A DNA stretch of 64,000 nucleotides, taken from Pseudomonadota bacterium. Its GTDB lineage: Bacteria > Pseudomonadota > Gammaproteobacteria > Burkholderiales > Burkholderiaceae. The notes under the pieces are model-generated. The model searched no databases and was not told the origin of the DNA. It saw only the letters and a program-made list of their open reading frames with translations. The stretch is taken from positions 20,923 to 84,922 of the forward strand of contig JBDLVQ010000021.1 of the NCBI GenBank assembly GCA_039804685.1. Direction: 5' to 3'. The translations under genes and the position numbers were made by a program. Of the stretch, positions 20,570 to 29,823 are shown in pieces. The first letter of the stretch is position 1. Each line of letters begins with the position of its first letter.

Positions 20570-22096
20570 CTATATGCTGTCTAAATCATTCAATATTTTT
20601 TGAGCATGGATTGAAATCAATTTTTGTTCTTCCAAGGGTATTCTCTTGAGGTTGGCAACCATTAATTTTGTTCGTGGATTTTTTCCGAATTCATCTTGAT
20701 GATTAATTAAGAAATTCCAATATAAATTAGTCATTGGGCAGGCATTTTCGCCATAGCGGATATCGCTCTGATAACTACAATTTTGACAGTAGTTGCTCAT
20801 TCTTTTGACATATGCGCCACTTGCCACATATGGCTTACTTGTAAATCGTCCACCATTGGCAAATAGAGCCATGCCTGCCGTATTTGGTAACTCAACCCAT
20901 TCAATGGCATCAACATAGACAGCGAGATACCATGCGCATACTTCTTTCGGAAGAATTTCAGCTAATAATGCAAAATTTCCTGTAATCATTAATCTCTGTA
21001 TGTGGTGTGCATATCCATACTCGAGAGTTTGATTAATAGCGTCTTTCATACATTGCATTTTGGTATTCGCCGACCAATACCAACTCGGCAACTTTCTCTG
21101 ATGGTCAAAGTAATTATCTTTCGCCATCTTTGGCATATCTAAGTAATAAACCCCACGAACAAATTCTCTCCAGCCAAGAATTTGTCGAATAAATCCTTCA
21201 ATTGAACTCAAAAATCCACCACGAAGCTTCCATGCGGCCAAAGTTTTTTGAATAACCTCTTGCGGACTAATCAGTTTCAAATTAAGGGCACATGAAATCG
21301 TAGAGTGCCATCCAAATGGCGTATTGGTCCACATAGCATCTTGATAACTGCCGAATAACTCCAGCCGATGCTCCACAAAATAATCAAGGGCTTTTAACGC
21401 ATCCCCCCGAGTAACAGGCCAAGCAAATTTTTCAAGCTGTCCAGGATGATCTGGATATTTTTTTAAAACATAATCAATCACATCTTGTGTGATGTCATCA
21501 GGCACAAATGCTAGTGGGCCATTAATCAAGCCTGGGCCTTTTTTGGAATAAGGCTTTCTATTTTGGTCATCAAAATTCCATTGGCCACCTTCTGGCTCAC
21601 CATCTTCTTGCATCAATATTTGATGCTTTTTTCTCATGTATCTATAAAAGTATTCCAGCCTTAACTCTTTCTTATCTCCAGCCCACTCTTTGAACTCTTG
21701 GGTTGTGCAATAAAAATGAGTGTCTGGTCGCAGCTCTAAATTAATCTTAAGCTTTTGCGCCAAAGATATCAAAGCATCCCGAAGTCTTACCTCACCCGGC
21801 TCAATACATATTAAATGTGTAAATGAATGCGCTGAAATATAAGCACTTAAAAATTCAACGATTGGAAGTGAGTTTTCTTTTATATAGGTAAGTCGATAAC
21901 CCTGAGATATAAGATCAGCTGCAAAGTGACGCATAGCGGATAGAAAGATCGCTATTTTTGCTTTGTGAGACCAGACGTATTGAGCTTCATTTTCTGACTC
22001 GATCATGATGATCTCGTCCGCAGCCAGATCAACACCCACTAAAGCAGAGCTATTGCTCTGCAGTTGGTCCCCCAGAATAAGAACCAGCTTTTTCAA
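20570..22096 (-). CDS. FeS bacterial cryptochrome/(6-4) photolyase (PhrB/CryB-like)
   Basis: LILGDQL, GGQWNFD, YAHHIQRLM, four Fe-S cysteines (MQC, YCQNC, ACP); TTG start. Confidence 0.92.
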   Translation of the reverse strand: MKKLVLILGDQLQSNSSALVGVDLAADEIIMIESENEAQYVWSHKAKIAIFLSAMRHFAADLISQGYRLTYIKENSLPIVEFLSAYISAHSFTHLICIEPGEVRLRDALISLAQKLKINLELRPDTHFYCTTQEFKEWAGDKKELRLEYFYRYMRKKHQILMQEDGEPEGGQWNFDDQNRKPYSKKGPGLINGPLAFVPDDITQDVIDYVLKKYPDHPGQLEKFAWPVTRGDALKALDYFVEHRLELFGSYQDAMWTNTPFGWHSTISCALNLKLISPQEVIQKTLAAWKLRGGFLSSIEGFIRQILGWREFVRGVYYLDMPKMAKDNYFDHQRKLPSWYWSANTKMQCMKDAINQTLEYGYAHHIQRLMITGNFALLAEILPKEVCAWYLAVYVDAIEWVELPNTAGMALFANGGRFTSKPYVASGAYVKRMSNYCQNCSYQSDIRYGENACPMTNLYWNFLINHQDEFGKNPRTKLMVANLKRIPLEEQKLISIHAQKILNDLDSI

Positions 22097-22100
22097 CTTG

Positions 22101-23063
22101 TTAGCTGGTGTGCTTTTGGCGCCAGGCTTTAATGCCCAAAGAAATATCTTGTAACGCAGCCATAATCATCACATCTTCTGGTGGGCGTTTTCTTAGGGCT
22201 GAGTTATCTCCACCAGCCCAAACCTCTACTCCAGGAGCCAATTTTGACTTTAATTCTTTCAAACCATCTACGACTTGATTTTGGTTAATTTGAGATGAGA
22301 ATGACAAAGCAATAATGTCCGCTTTTTGAGCTCTTGCCGCCTGAGCTATCTCAAGTATTGGCGTTTGAGTTCCTAAAGAGACACAAACACAGCCCTCTAA
22401 AGCCATGAGAGCTTCAGCCATTAACAAACCAAGGCTATGTTGCTCTTGAGGAAATGTTGTTAACAAAACTCTTGGTCTTGCTAACTCTTCGTTTTGGCCC
22501 GTATGGCCACGCGGGACAGAATTAATTGCAGTCCGCAATAGATGCTTGATCTGCTCTGTAAACAAATGCTCTTCATGGATTTCGAGCTTACCTTCTGCCC
22601 AATAATCACCAATATTCTTGATGAGTGGCGCTACGACTTCAATCACAAATCGGTCCAGACCGATTTTCATCAAAGTAGTCGATAGCGCTAGTCTTAGAGC
22701 CTCAGTTTGATGCGAGCGCAACAAGTCCAAGTAACGCACCATCTCATCTTGGGATATAACGGGGCCATGAGAATGATATTGTTCCTGAGCCTGCATTAAT
22801 TTCGAACTTAATTCCCTAAGCGCTTCAATCGGCAGAGGAACAATTCGACCCGGGCGATGTCCTAAATCAAGCAATCTCTTGATTAATCTTAGTTTTTCTA
22901 TTTGATCAGCTGGATACACTCTATCGTCATTACTATCTCTAAGTGGTCTTGGAAAGTCATAGCGACGCTCCCAGACCCTTAAAGTGTCTTTTGCAATGCC
23001 AGTATCTCTCTCCACCGCAGCAATGCTTAGCATGTCGGGCAGGTTAGTAAATCTAACATTCAT
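22101..23063 (-). CDS. MerR-family B12-binding photoreceptor/repressor (CarH/LitR)
   Basis: MerR HTH (TLRVWERRY), W-x9-EH (WAEGKLEIHEEH) and E-x-H-x2-G (EQHSLG) AdoB12 motifs. Confidence 0.88.
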   Translation of the reverse strand: MNVRFTNLPDMLSIAAVERDTGIAKDTLRVWERRYDFPRPLRDSNDDRVYPADQIEKLRLIKRLLDLGHRPGRIVPLPIEALRELSSKLMQAQEQYHSHGPVISQDEMVRYLDLLRSHQTEALRLALSTTLMKIGLDRFVIEVVAPLIKNIGDYWAEGKLEIHEEHLFTEQIKHLLRTAINSVPRGHTGQNEELARPRVLLTTFPQEQHSLGLLMAEALMALEGCVCVSLGTQTPILEIAQAARAQKADIIALSFSSQINQNQVVDGLKELKSKLAPGVEVWAGGDNSALRKRPPEDVMIMAALQDISLGIKAWRQKHTS

Positions 23064-23190
23064 AATTTGAGTACTCGATATTTATTGCCAAGCTAAATAC
23101 TTGGTTTATATTGAGGGGAATTCTACACCGTCCTAGACAGAATTTGCATTTATTTATAATTGAGGGTAGTATTCCTTCATAACCATTTAT

Positions 23191-23221
23191 TTGCCCTAGA
23201 CAAAATAATATTTTGTATAAG
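23191..23221 (+). promoter_or_regulatory. Candidate CarH/LitR operator inside the gpx promoter
   Basis: 23 bp inverted repeat TAGACAAAATA-A-TATTTTGTATA (23197-23219) between TTGCCC (23191-96) and TATAAG (23216-21), a 19 bp spacer. Confidence 0.55.
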
Positions 23222-23262
23222 AAGGCAAAAATACAAAAATAGGGTCGAGGAGACAAGCCCAT

Positions 23263-23892
23263 ATGCAGGTCAAAGAGAAGAAAAGGGTATTCCCCACTCA
23301 AGAGGCTACAGACCTTAGTGATTCTTTTTTAAAAATTCCCTTCATTATTCTTTTCATTGGCGCTTTGATGTGGCTCTCTTGGCCAAAGGAATCGCAAGCT
23401 ATGACATGCCCCGCATCACTATCCCATCAATTTTTAAGACTTCAGGATGAAGCCCCCCAAGATCTATGCCAATACAGCGGTAAAGTCATCCTGGTTGTAA
23501 ATACAGCAAGTTACTGTGGTTTCACAAGCCAATATGAAGGTCTAGAGCAACTTTACGCAAAATACAAAGATCAGGGGTTTGTAGTTTTGGGATTTCCATC
23601 TAATGACTTTGGTAAACAAGAGCCTGGTAATAACAAAGAGATTGCTGATTTTTGTCACAACACTTACGGCGTTAAATTCCCAATGTTTGCGAAAAGCTCG
23701 GTCTCAGGGAAAGATGCCAACCCTTTATTTAAGCACTTGATAGAGAAGACAGGTACCAAACCTCGTTGGAACTTTTACAAATACATCATTGACCGTGATG
23801 GCAATGTTGTTGAGTCATTTAACAGCATGGCGTCTCCTAGCAGCAAAAAAATAACTTCACTTATTGAGAAGTTATTGCAGGAGAAAAAATAA
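23263..23892 (+). CDS. Glutathione peroxidase (Cys type, exported or membrane-anchored)
   Basis: VNTASYCGFTSQY, GFPSNDFG.QEPG, WNFYKY; hydrophobic N-terminal segment; SD GAGGAG. Confidence 0.9.
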   Translation: MQVKEKKRVFPTQEATDLSDSFLKIPFIILFIGALMWLSWPKESQAMTCPASLSHQFLRLQDEAPQDLCQYSGKVILVVNTASYCGFTSQYEGLEQLYAKYKDQGFVVLGFPSNDFGKQEPGNNKEIADFCHNTYGVKFPMFAKSSVSGKDANPLFKHLIEKTGTKPRWNFYKYIIDRDGNVVESFNSMASPSSKKITSLIEKLLQEKK

Positions 23893-23931
23893 TGCCTGCA
23901 GTAGTCATATAAGTTCAGTCGTAAAGTTTTC

Positions 23932-24008
23932 AACCATAAAACACATTAATTTTGAGCATGATTTCTCTCCCTCCCTTATTGATGTTCAAAAGTGTCTTAT
24001 GGTTTTTT
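23932..24008 (+). other. Long intergenic RNA hairpin with CU-rich loop and U tail
   Basis: 13 bp (one mismatch) plus 10 bp stems, loop GATTTCTCTCCCTCCCTTATTG, followed by TTTT. Confidence 0.6.
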
Positions 24009-24031
24009 CTATTCACCTGTGGGCATAAGTA

Positions 24032-25366
24032 ATGAAAATAGCGATTATTGGCGCAGGTATATCAGGCTTAGGTTGCGCATACGCACTGAGCAAATTGCCT
24101 CAAGTTGAATTAACCATTTACGAAGGTGGCGATCATATCGGCGGCCACAGCAATACTGTCGATTTAACAATTGATAACGCTCAGGGGTCAGTTACTCACG
24201 GCATTGATACTGGATTTCTGGTCTTTAATCAAAGAACATACCCTCGACTATTGCGTTTGTTTGATGAATTAAATGTTCCTATTACAGAATCAGATATGTC
24301 ATTTTCTGCCTCAATTCCCCAACGAGATAGCTGCGCAATAGAATGGGCGGGAACAAATATTGACTCAGTTTTTGCACAAAGAAAAAATCTAGTTAAACCA
24401 GCCTTCTTAAGAATGGTGGCTGACATTATTAGGTTCAATAAGCTTTGCACCAGCATAGCAACTGATAATAAGTTAGGAAATCTGGAGTTATCAGTTGGAG
24501 AATTTATTGAGAAAAATAAATTTAGTGAATCGTTCAGGGACTGGTATTTTTTACCAATGATTGGTGCCATCTGGTCATGCTCTACGGATCAAATGCTGTC
24601 ATTTCCGATTTCAACAATGATTAGGTTTTGCCATAATCATGGCTTAATAAAAATCACCGACAGGCCACAATGGCTAACCGTCAGCGGTGGATCTAAAGAG
24701 TATGTCAATAGAATCACTGATGCCATTAAATCAAACGGTGGAAAGTTTGTTCGGGAGTACGCTAACTCAGTAACACGCTTGAAGGGTGAGGTTGAAATTA
24801 TGTCCAACCTATCTTCAGAAAAGTATGACCATGTCGTTATGGCAAGTCATAGTGATCAAACATTAACCCTCTTGACGAATCCAAGCAAAGAAGAAAAAGA
24901 AATTCTGGGGGCGATCTCTTATCAAGACAACAGAGCAGTACTTCACACAGACCAGGGAGTGCTCCCCAAAAATAAAAAATGCTGGGCAGCTTGGAATTAC
25001 GCGACAACACTCAGTCAAGGCAAAGAGGCTCAAAGAGTTTGTGTGAATTACTTAATTAATAAGCTACAGCCCTTGCCAAAGGAATGGGAAGATCAGCCAG
25101 TGATTGTTAGCTTGAATCCGATTACTGAGCCAAGAAAAGAATCTATTCGTGCCGATATTCAATATGCTCACCCAGTTTTTGATGATGCCGCAATTAAGGC
25201 ACAGACTAAGCTGCCATTCATTCAAGGAACCAATAACACTTGGTTCTGTGGTGCATGGACTGGCTTCGGTTTTCATGAAGATGGGTTGCGATCAGGTGAA
25301 CTTGTAGCGGAAGCTATTTATGAGGTGCTTCACAAACCGCAAAAACAAAGCCTCAATACGATATGA
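24032..25366 (+). CDS. FAD-dependent oxidoreductase (RSP_1091-like, modified fatty-acid pathway)
   Basis: IGAGISGL, IGGHSNT, DTGFLVFN..TYP, FCHNHGL, GFHEDGLRSG. Confidence 0.88.
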   Translation: MKIAIIGAGISGLGCAYALSKLPQVELTIYEGGDHIGGHSNTVDLTIDNAQGSVTHGIDTGFLVFNQRTYPRLLRLFDELNVPITESDMSFSASIPQRDSCAIEWAGTNIDSVFAQRKNLVKPAFLRMVADIIRFNKLCTSIATDNKLGNLELSVGEFIEKNKFSESFRDWYFLPMIGAIWSCSTDQMLSFPISTMIRFCHNHGLIKITDRPQWLTVSGGSKEYVNRITDAIKSNGGKFVREYANSVTRLKGEVEIMSNLSSEKYDHVVMASHSDQTLTLLTNPSKEEKEILGAISYQDNRAVLHTDQGVLPKNKKCWAAWNYATTLSQGKEAQRVCVNYLINKLQPLPKEWEDQPVIVSLNPITEPRKESIRADIQYAHPVFDDAAIKAQTKLPFIQGTNNTWFCGAWTGFGFHEDGLRSGELVAEAIYEVLHKPQKQSLNTI

Positions 25367-26139
25367 GTCTGGCTAAGTTGTGTTTTGGGCAGGTCCGTCA
25401 TGCCCGCATTCAACCGGCAAAAAATGCATTTGCTTATTCAGTTTTTACATTGCGCATTCCAATGCGTAAAAGACAGCTTTGTCCAACTGGTATTGCACAA
25501 GCTGGCTTAGGAGATAACTCATTTTCATGTTTATCTTTTTTTGACAAAGATCATGGAAATGGGAATGGCCAATCTTTAGAGTGGGCACTAGATATTGCAA
25601 GATCTAATGGCATCAACGATATAGAGGGTGAAGTCTGGTTACAAACATTTCCTCGTGTTCTAGGATATGTATTTAACCCCGTTAGTTTTTGGTTTTTCGA
25701 AAACAAACAGGGGGATTTAAGAGCCATTATTGCTGAAGTCAACAATACGTTTGGTGAGAGACATTCTTATCTTATTTTCAATGATGAAGGTCAAAATCTA
25801 AAGTGGGGAGAAACTTTTCAATCTAATAAAGTTTTCCATGTGTCCCCATTTTGCGAAACAACTGGTAAATACTTTTTTAGATTTTTTAGAACGGAATATC
25901 CAAAAACTCAAAATGTTGCTCGCATTGAATACCATCACCAAGGGCCAGTCTTAATCACAAGCATTAATGGTGATGAAAATAACATCAAGTTTAAAACCAT
26001 TCTTTGGGCTATGATTAGATACCCTGCAATGAGTTTTGGAGTTATATTTAGGATCCATTGGCAAGCAATAAAACTTTGGATTAAAGGCGTGAAATTTCAC
26101 AGCAAACCAAATCCGCCAGCAACGGAAGTTAGCAAATGA
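25363..26139 (+). CDS. DUF1365 family protein
   Basis: V.H.R, PRVLGYVFNPVSFW, AEVNNTFGERH, FHVSPF, IHWQA.KLW.KG. Confidence 0.92.
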   Translation: MSLAKLCFGQVRHARIQPAKNAFAYSVFTLRIPMRKRQLCPTGIAQAGLGDNSFSCLSFFDKDHGNGNGQSLEWALDIARSNGINDIEGEVWLQTFPRVLGYVFNPVSFWFFENKQGDLRAIIAEVNNTFGERHSYLIFNDEGQNLKWGETFQSNKVFHVSPFCETTGKYFFRFFRTEYPKTQNVARIEYHHQGPVLITSINGDENNIKFKTILWAMIRYPAMSFGVIFRIHWQAIKLWIKGVKFHSKPNPPATEVSK

Positions 26140-27356
26140 ACACTCGAACTAATGTATTGAATGATCAATCTGGGACACTTCCATGGCACGCCGAAGCCTT
26201 CCTTAAACTTTTAGAGAATATACGAGTTGGACAACTAAACTTAGTGGATCCTAACGGCAATCAATTCTGCTTTGAAGGCACTCAAGTAGGGATTACAGCT
26301 CACATTCATATTCATAATTGGTCAGTATCAAAGGCCTGCCTTAAATCTGGTGACATTGGTTTTGCTGAGAGTTATATCAATGGTGACTGGGATTCGCCAG
26401 ATATTGAAAGTTTATTGCGTTTGCTATTAGTGAATCGCCAAGCTATTGAAAAATTGATTTATGGCAGTTGGTGGGGGAGTCTATTTCATAGGCTCAAGCA
26501 TTGGCTCAATAAAAACTCTAAAAAAGGGAGCAAGAAAAATATTCATGCTCACTACGACATAGGCAACTCGTTTTACTCTCTTTGGCTTGATCAAAGCATG
26601 ACATACTCAAGTGCGTGTTTTGATGAAAAAAACATGTCTCTTGTTGATGCTCAAAAGAATAAATACCAAAAAATTATTTCTTCTTTGGGCATCCAAGAGA
26701 ATGAACGTCTTCTAGAGGTCGGTTGTGGCTGGGGCGGATTGATGGAGACCGCCAAAAGAAAGAATATTGCCATTGATTGTCTAACCATTTCCCAAGAGCA
26801 GGCTGCATATGCACAAGCAAGATCTGATCAACTAAGCCTTACATTCTCAAGCCCGGCTAACATTATTCTTCAAGACTATCGGGATCACAAAACTGAATAT
26901 GATGGGATTGCTTCTATTGAAATGTTTGAAGCAGTTGGCGAGGAATATTGGCCAAGTTACTTTGAGATGATTAATCGATGCCTCAAACCAGGCAAAAGAG
27001 CTTGCATACAAACCATTGTCATTGCCGAAGACTTGTTTGAAAAATATCGTCATAACTCCGACTTCATCCAACAATATATTTTTCCAGGCGGCATGCTTCC
27101 CTCAAAAACCATATTTGAAAAATATGCTGCAGATGCTGGACTTATCGTGGAAGATGCCTACTCCTTTGGTAAGGACTACCAAAAAACTTTGGAGATTTGG
27201 CACTCGCAATTCAACTTATCTCTTAGCGAAATTAAATCTCAAGGCTTTGATGAAAAGTTTATTAGACTTTGGAATCTTTACCTTATGTATTGCGCAGCTG
27301 GCTTTGCTGAAGAAAGTACCGACGTAATTCAATTCACATTAAGAAAACCTTCTTAG
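26136..27356 (+). CDS. cfa: Cyclopropane-fatty-acyl-phospholipid synthase family methyltransferase
   Basis: NIHAHYDIGNSFY, LEVGCGWG, SIEMFEAVG, IFPGGMLPS. Confidence 0.92.
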   Translation: MNTRTNVLNDQSGTLPWHAEAFLKLLENIRVGQLNLVDPNGNQFCFEGTQVGITAHIHIHNWSVSKACLKSGDIGFAESYINGDWDSPDIESLLRLLLVNRQAIEKLIYGSWWGSLFHRLKHWLNKNSKKGSKKNIHAHYDIGNSFYSLWLDQSMTYSSACFDEKNMSLVDAQKNKYQKIISSLGIQENERLLEVGCGWGGLMETAKRKNIAIDCLTISQEQAAYAQARSDQLSLTFSSPANIILQDYRDHKTEYDGIASIEMFEAVGEEYWPSYFEMINRCLKPGKRACIQTIVIAEDLFEKYRHNSDFIQQYIFPGGMLPSKTIFEKYAADAGLIVEDAYSFGKDYQKTLEIWHSQFNLSLSEIKSQGFDEKFIRLWNLYLMYCAAGFAEESTDVIQFTLRKPS

Positions 27357-28136
27357 ATGGCTCTCAATCAACCTATTAATAACTTTATTAATAAAAGAGT
27401 TTGGATAATCGGTGCATCTAGTGGCATCGGGAAAGCTACTGCTCACAGTCTGCTTAAGCTTGGTGCCAAAGTTGGACTAAGCGCAAGAAAAACTGAAGAA
27501 CTCCATAAAATCCAGAGTCAATACCCCGAAGATCAAACACTTGTTTTGCCGTGTGATGTATTAGATGAAGTTGCCCTAGAAAACTCTTACAAAACAATTA
27601 AAGAATTTTGGGGCGATCTTGATCTATTACTTTATGTCGCCGGAATTTATGAGCCCATGAGGGCAGACCACTTTAATTTAAGCGCCGCAAAAAATATCAT
27701 TGCAACAAACGTAATTGGTCCAATGTCAGCCTGCGCGACTGTTCTGCCTGATTTCATCAACCGCCAATCAGGTGGCATCGCGATTGTTTCTAGTGTGGCG
27801 GGTTATAGTGGGTTACCAAAGGCTTTGGCATATGGTCCCAGCAAAGCAGCGATGATTAATTTTTGCGAAAACCTCTACTACGATCTAAAACCTCTGGGCA
27901 TTAATGTTTATATGATCAACCCAGGATTTGTTGCAACCAGGGCAACTGCCAACAATGATTTTTATATGCCAGCCTTAATTTCTAGCGAGGCCGCCGCTGA
28001 CTATATTGTTAAGGGCTTTAAAAATGGTGAATTTGACATTCATTTCCCGAAAAGGTTTTCTTTATTTTTAAAATTTCTGAGAATTCTTCCATACTCAGTT
28101 TATTTTTTCCTCATCAAAAGAATTTTGAAAATCTAA
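27357..28136 (+). CDS. SDR oxidoreductase
   Basis: GASSGIG, YGPSKAA, NPGFVAT. Confidence 0.9.
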   Translation: MALNQPINNFINKRVWIIGASSGIGKATAHSLLKLGAKVGLSARKTEELHKIQSQYPEDQTLVLPCDVLDEVALENSYKTIKEFWGDLDLLLYVAGIYEPMRADHFNLSAAKNIIATNVIGPMSACATVLPDFINRQSGGIAIVSSVAGYSGLPKALAYGPSKAAMINFCENLYYDLKPLGINVYMINPGFVATRATANNDFYMPALISSEAAADYIVKGFKNGEFDIHFPKRFSLFLKFLRILPYSVYFFLIKRILKI

Positions 28137-28568
28137 ATGATTCAAGAATCTATTACGCAAGAAATTATTCAACGATTTGAAAATCTTGAGCTAAACACCA
28201 TTGACCGATTATTGGCGCTTTACGACGCGCAAGCATTTTTTAAAGACCCATTCAACGAAGTAATTGGAAAGCCTGCGATTGAAAGAATTTTCACTCATAT
28301 GTTTGACCAAGTCGACCAGCCTAGGTTTATTGTGACAAAGTATATGGCGATGGATACCCAAATTTCTCTGACTTGGGAATTTTGCTTTAACTTTAAGAAT
28401 GCGCCTAAAGAGCAACAAGTTATCAAAGGCTGTACTTGGCTCACATTGAATCAAGGACTATTAATTACCGAACATAGGGACTACTGGGATGCGGCCGAGG
28501 AACTTTATGAAAAGATTCCAGTCCTAGGTGGTTTGATGCGTTTTCTCAAGAAAAGACTTCGTGCTTAA
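28137..28568 (+). CDS. NTF2/SnoaL-like protein
   Basis: Y...A.FKDPFN.V.G, EHRDYWDAAEELYEKIP.LG. Confidence 0.88.
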   Translation: MIQESITQEIIQRFENLELNTIDRLLALYDAQAFFKDPFNEVIGKPAIERIFTHMFDQVDQPRFIVTKYMAMDTQISLTWEFCFNFKNAPKEQQVIKGCTWLTLNQGLLITEHRDYWDAAEELYEKIPVLGGLMRFLKKRLRA

Positions 28569-28589
28569 ATTAACGACGAAGTCTTTTAA

Positions 28590-29243
28590 TTAACGCTTTT
28601 CTTTTCTGGCTTTATTAATCAAATGATCCATTGCATCAATGGCTCGAGCCTTTGAGCCTCCAGTAATAGACGGTGATGTGATGTACTTACCCTGAATAGC
28701 CACAGTAGGAACTCCATCAATTCTGTAGCTTTGTGCAACTTGATTGGCCGCTCTTGCCTTCGATATAACGCTAAATGATTTAAACGCTTTTGAGAAAGCT
28801 TCTCTATCAACGCCCTGTGAAGCAACCCAATCAGTAATTTCTGATTCACTTAATAACTTCTTCTTGCCAACGTGAATAGCGTCCATCACCTTAGCATGTA
28901 AGTTAGACTTATCAAGACTTTCTAAAGCATAAAAGAGCTGGCTATGAGGCAATAAATCATCTCTAAAGGCTACCGGGACTTTTCGTACATAAACATCTTT
29001 ACCTTGTCGCTTCACCCAAGCATCCAATTGAGGCTCAAAGTCGTGGCAGTGAGGGCAACCATACCAAAAAAATTCAAGAACTTCTATTTTGCCTTTCGCC
29101 TCTATTGCCTGCGAAGTTGGCAACACACGATAATCAAAACCTTCTTCAATTGGCCTAGATTGAGCGAAGGCGATAGATGAAATGCCCACTAAAAATATGC
29201 TTAGGGAAATTTTTTTAAAAAATGAACTTAAATTAAATTTCAT
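28590..29243 (-). CDS. dsbA: Thiol:disulfide interchange protein DsbA
   Basis: Signal peptide, EFFWYGCPHC, GVPT. Confidence 0.93.
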   Translation of the reverse strand: MKFNLSSFFKKISLSIFLVGISSIAFAQSRPIEEGFDYRVLPTSQAIEAKGKIEVLEFFWYGCPHCHDFEPQLDAWVKRQGKDVYVRKVPVAFRDDLLPHSQLFYALESLDKSNLHAKVMDAIHVGKKKLLSESEITDWVASQGVDREAFSKAFKSFSVISKARAANQVAQSYRIDGVPTVAIQGKYITSPSITGGSKARAIDAMDHLINKARKEKR

Positions 29244-29245
29244 AT

Positions 29246-29806
29246 TTAATTGGCTTTATTAATTCTGATAACTGTTGATGTAATACCAGCACTTTGCAAT
29301 CTTGTACGAATTTGAGTAACTTCTGTTTGGCCAATATATGGCCCAACGCGAACTCGCCAGAGAGTTGCGCCATCTACCTCACGCTCAGAGATAAGTGCCT
29401 CTAAGCCTTGCATCGCTAACGCAGCTTTTTGTCTTTGCGCATCATCTTGACTTCTATACGCCCCTGTTTGCAACCAGTACTCTGGGCCTTGAGTAGCTGC
29501 CGCTATATTTGCAATGGGGTCTTTTTTAGACGCTTCACTTGGCAAAGGCACTTTACTTTGCAGAGACTTATTCAGGTTAGGTCGATCTTCAACCTGAACT
29601 TCGCCTTCTTCGATGGCCTCTACTGCTGCAGGCTTACTTGCCGCATCAGGAGCTCTCTGCCCCAACTTGGCTTCTGGAGCCCCTTTTTTTAAGCTGACAG
29701 CTACCCCCACCGCAATGGCTAAGCCTAAGAGCAAGCCTAAAACAAACCCCATGAGAGTCCCGCCAGAGCTGGTGCTTTGTAATTGCGTGTGCTTGTTTGT
29801 ATTCAT
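29246..29806 (-). CDS. SPOR-domain cell division protein (FtsN-like)
   Basis: GGTLMGFVLGL anchor, LQTGAY and WRVRVGP SPOR motifs; argS-SPOR-dsbA order. Confidence 0.88.
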   Translation of the reverse strand: MNTNKHTQLQSTSSGGTLMGFVLGLLLGLAIAVGVAVSLKKGAPEAKLGQRAPDAASKPAAVEAIEEGEVQVEDRPNLNKSLQSKVPLPSEASKKDPIANIAAATQGPEYWLQTGAYRSQDDAQRQKAALAMQGLEALISEREVDGATLWRVRVGPYIGQTEVTQIRTRLQSAGITSTVIRINKAN

Positions 29807-29823
29807 AGCGCCTATATTACCTC

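Noticed and set aside
23500-23530. Selenocysteine in the glutathione peroxidase
   Set aside because: The active-site codon is TGT (Cys) in an uninterrupted frame.
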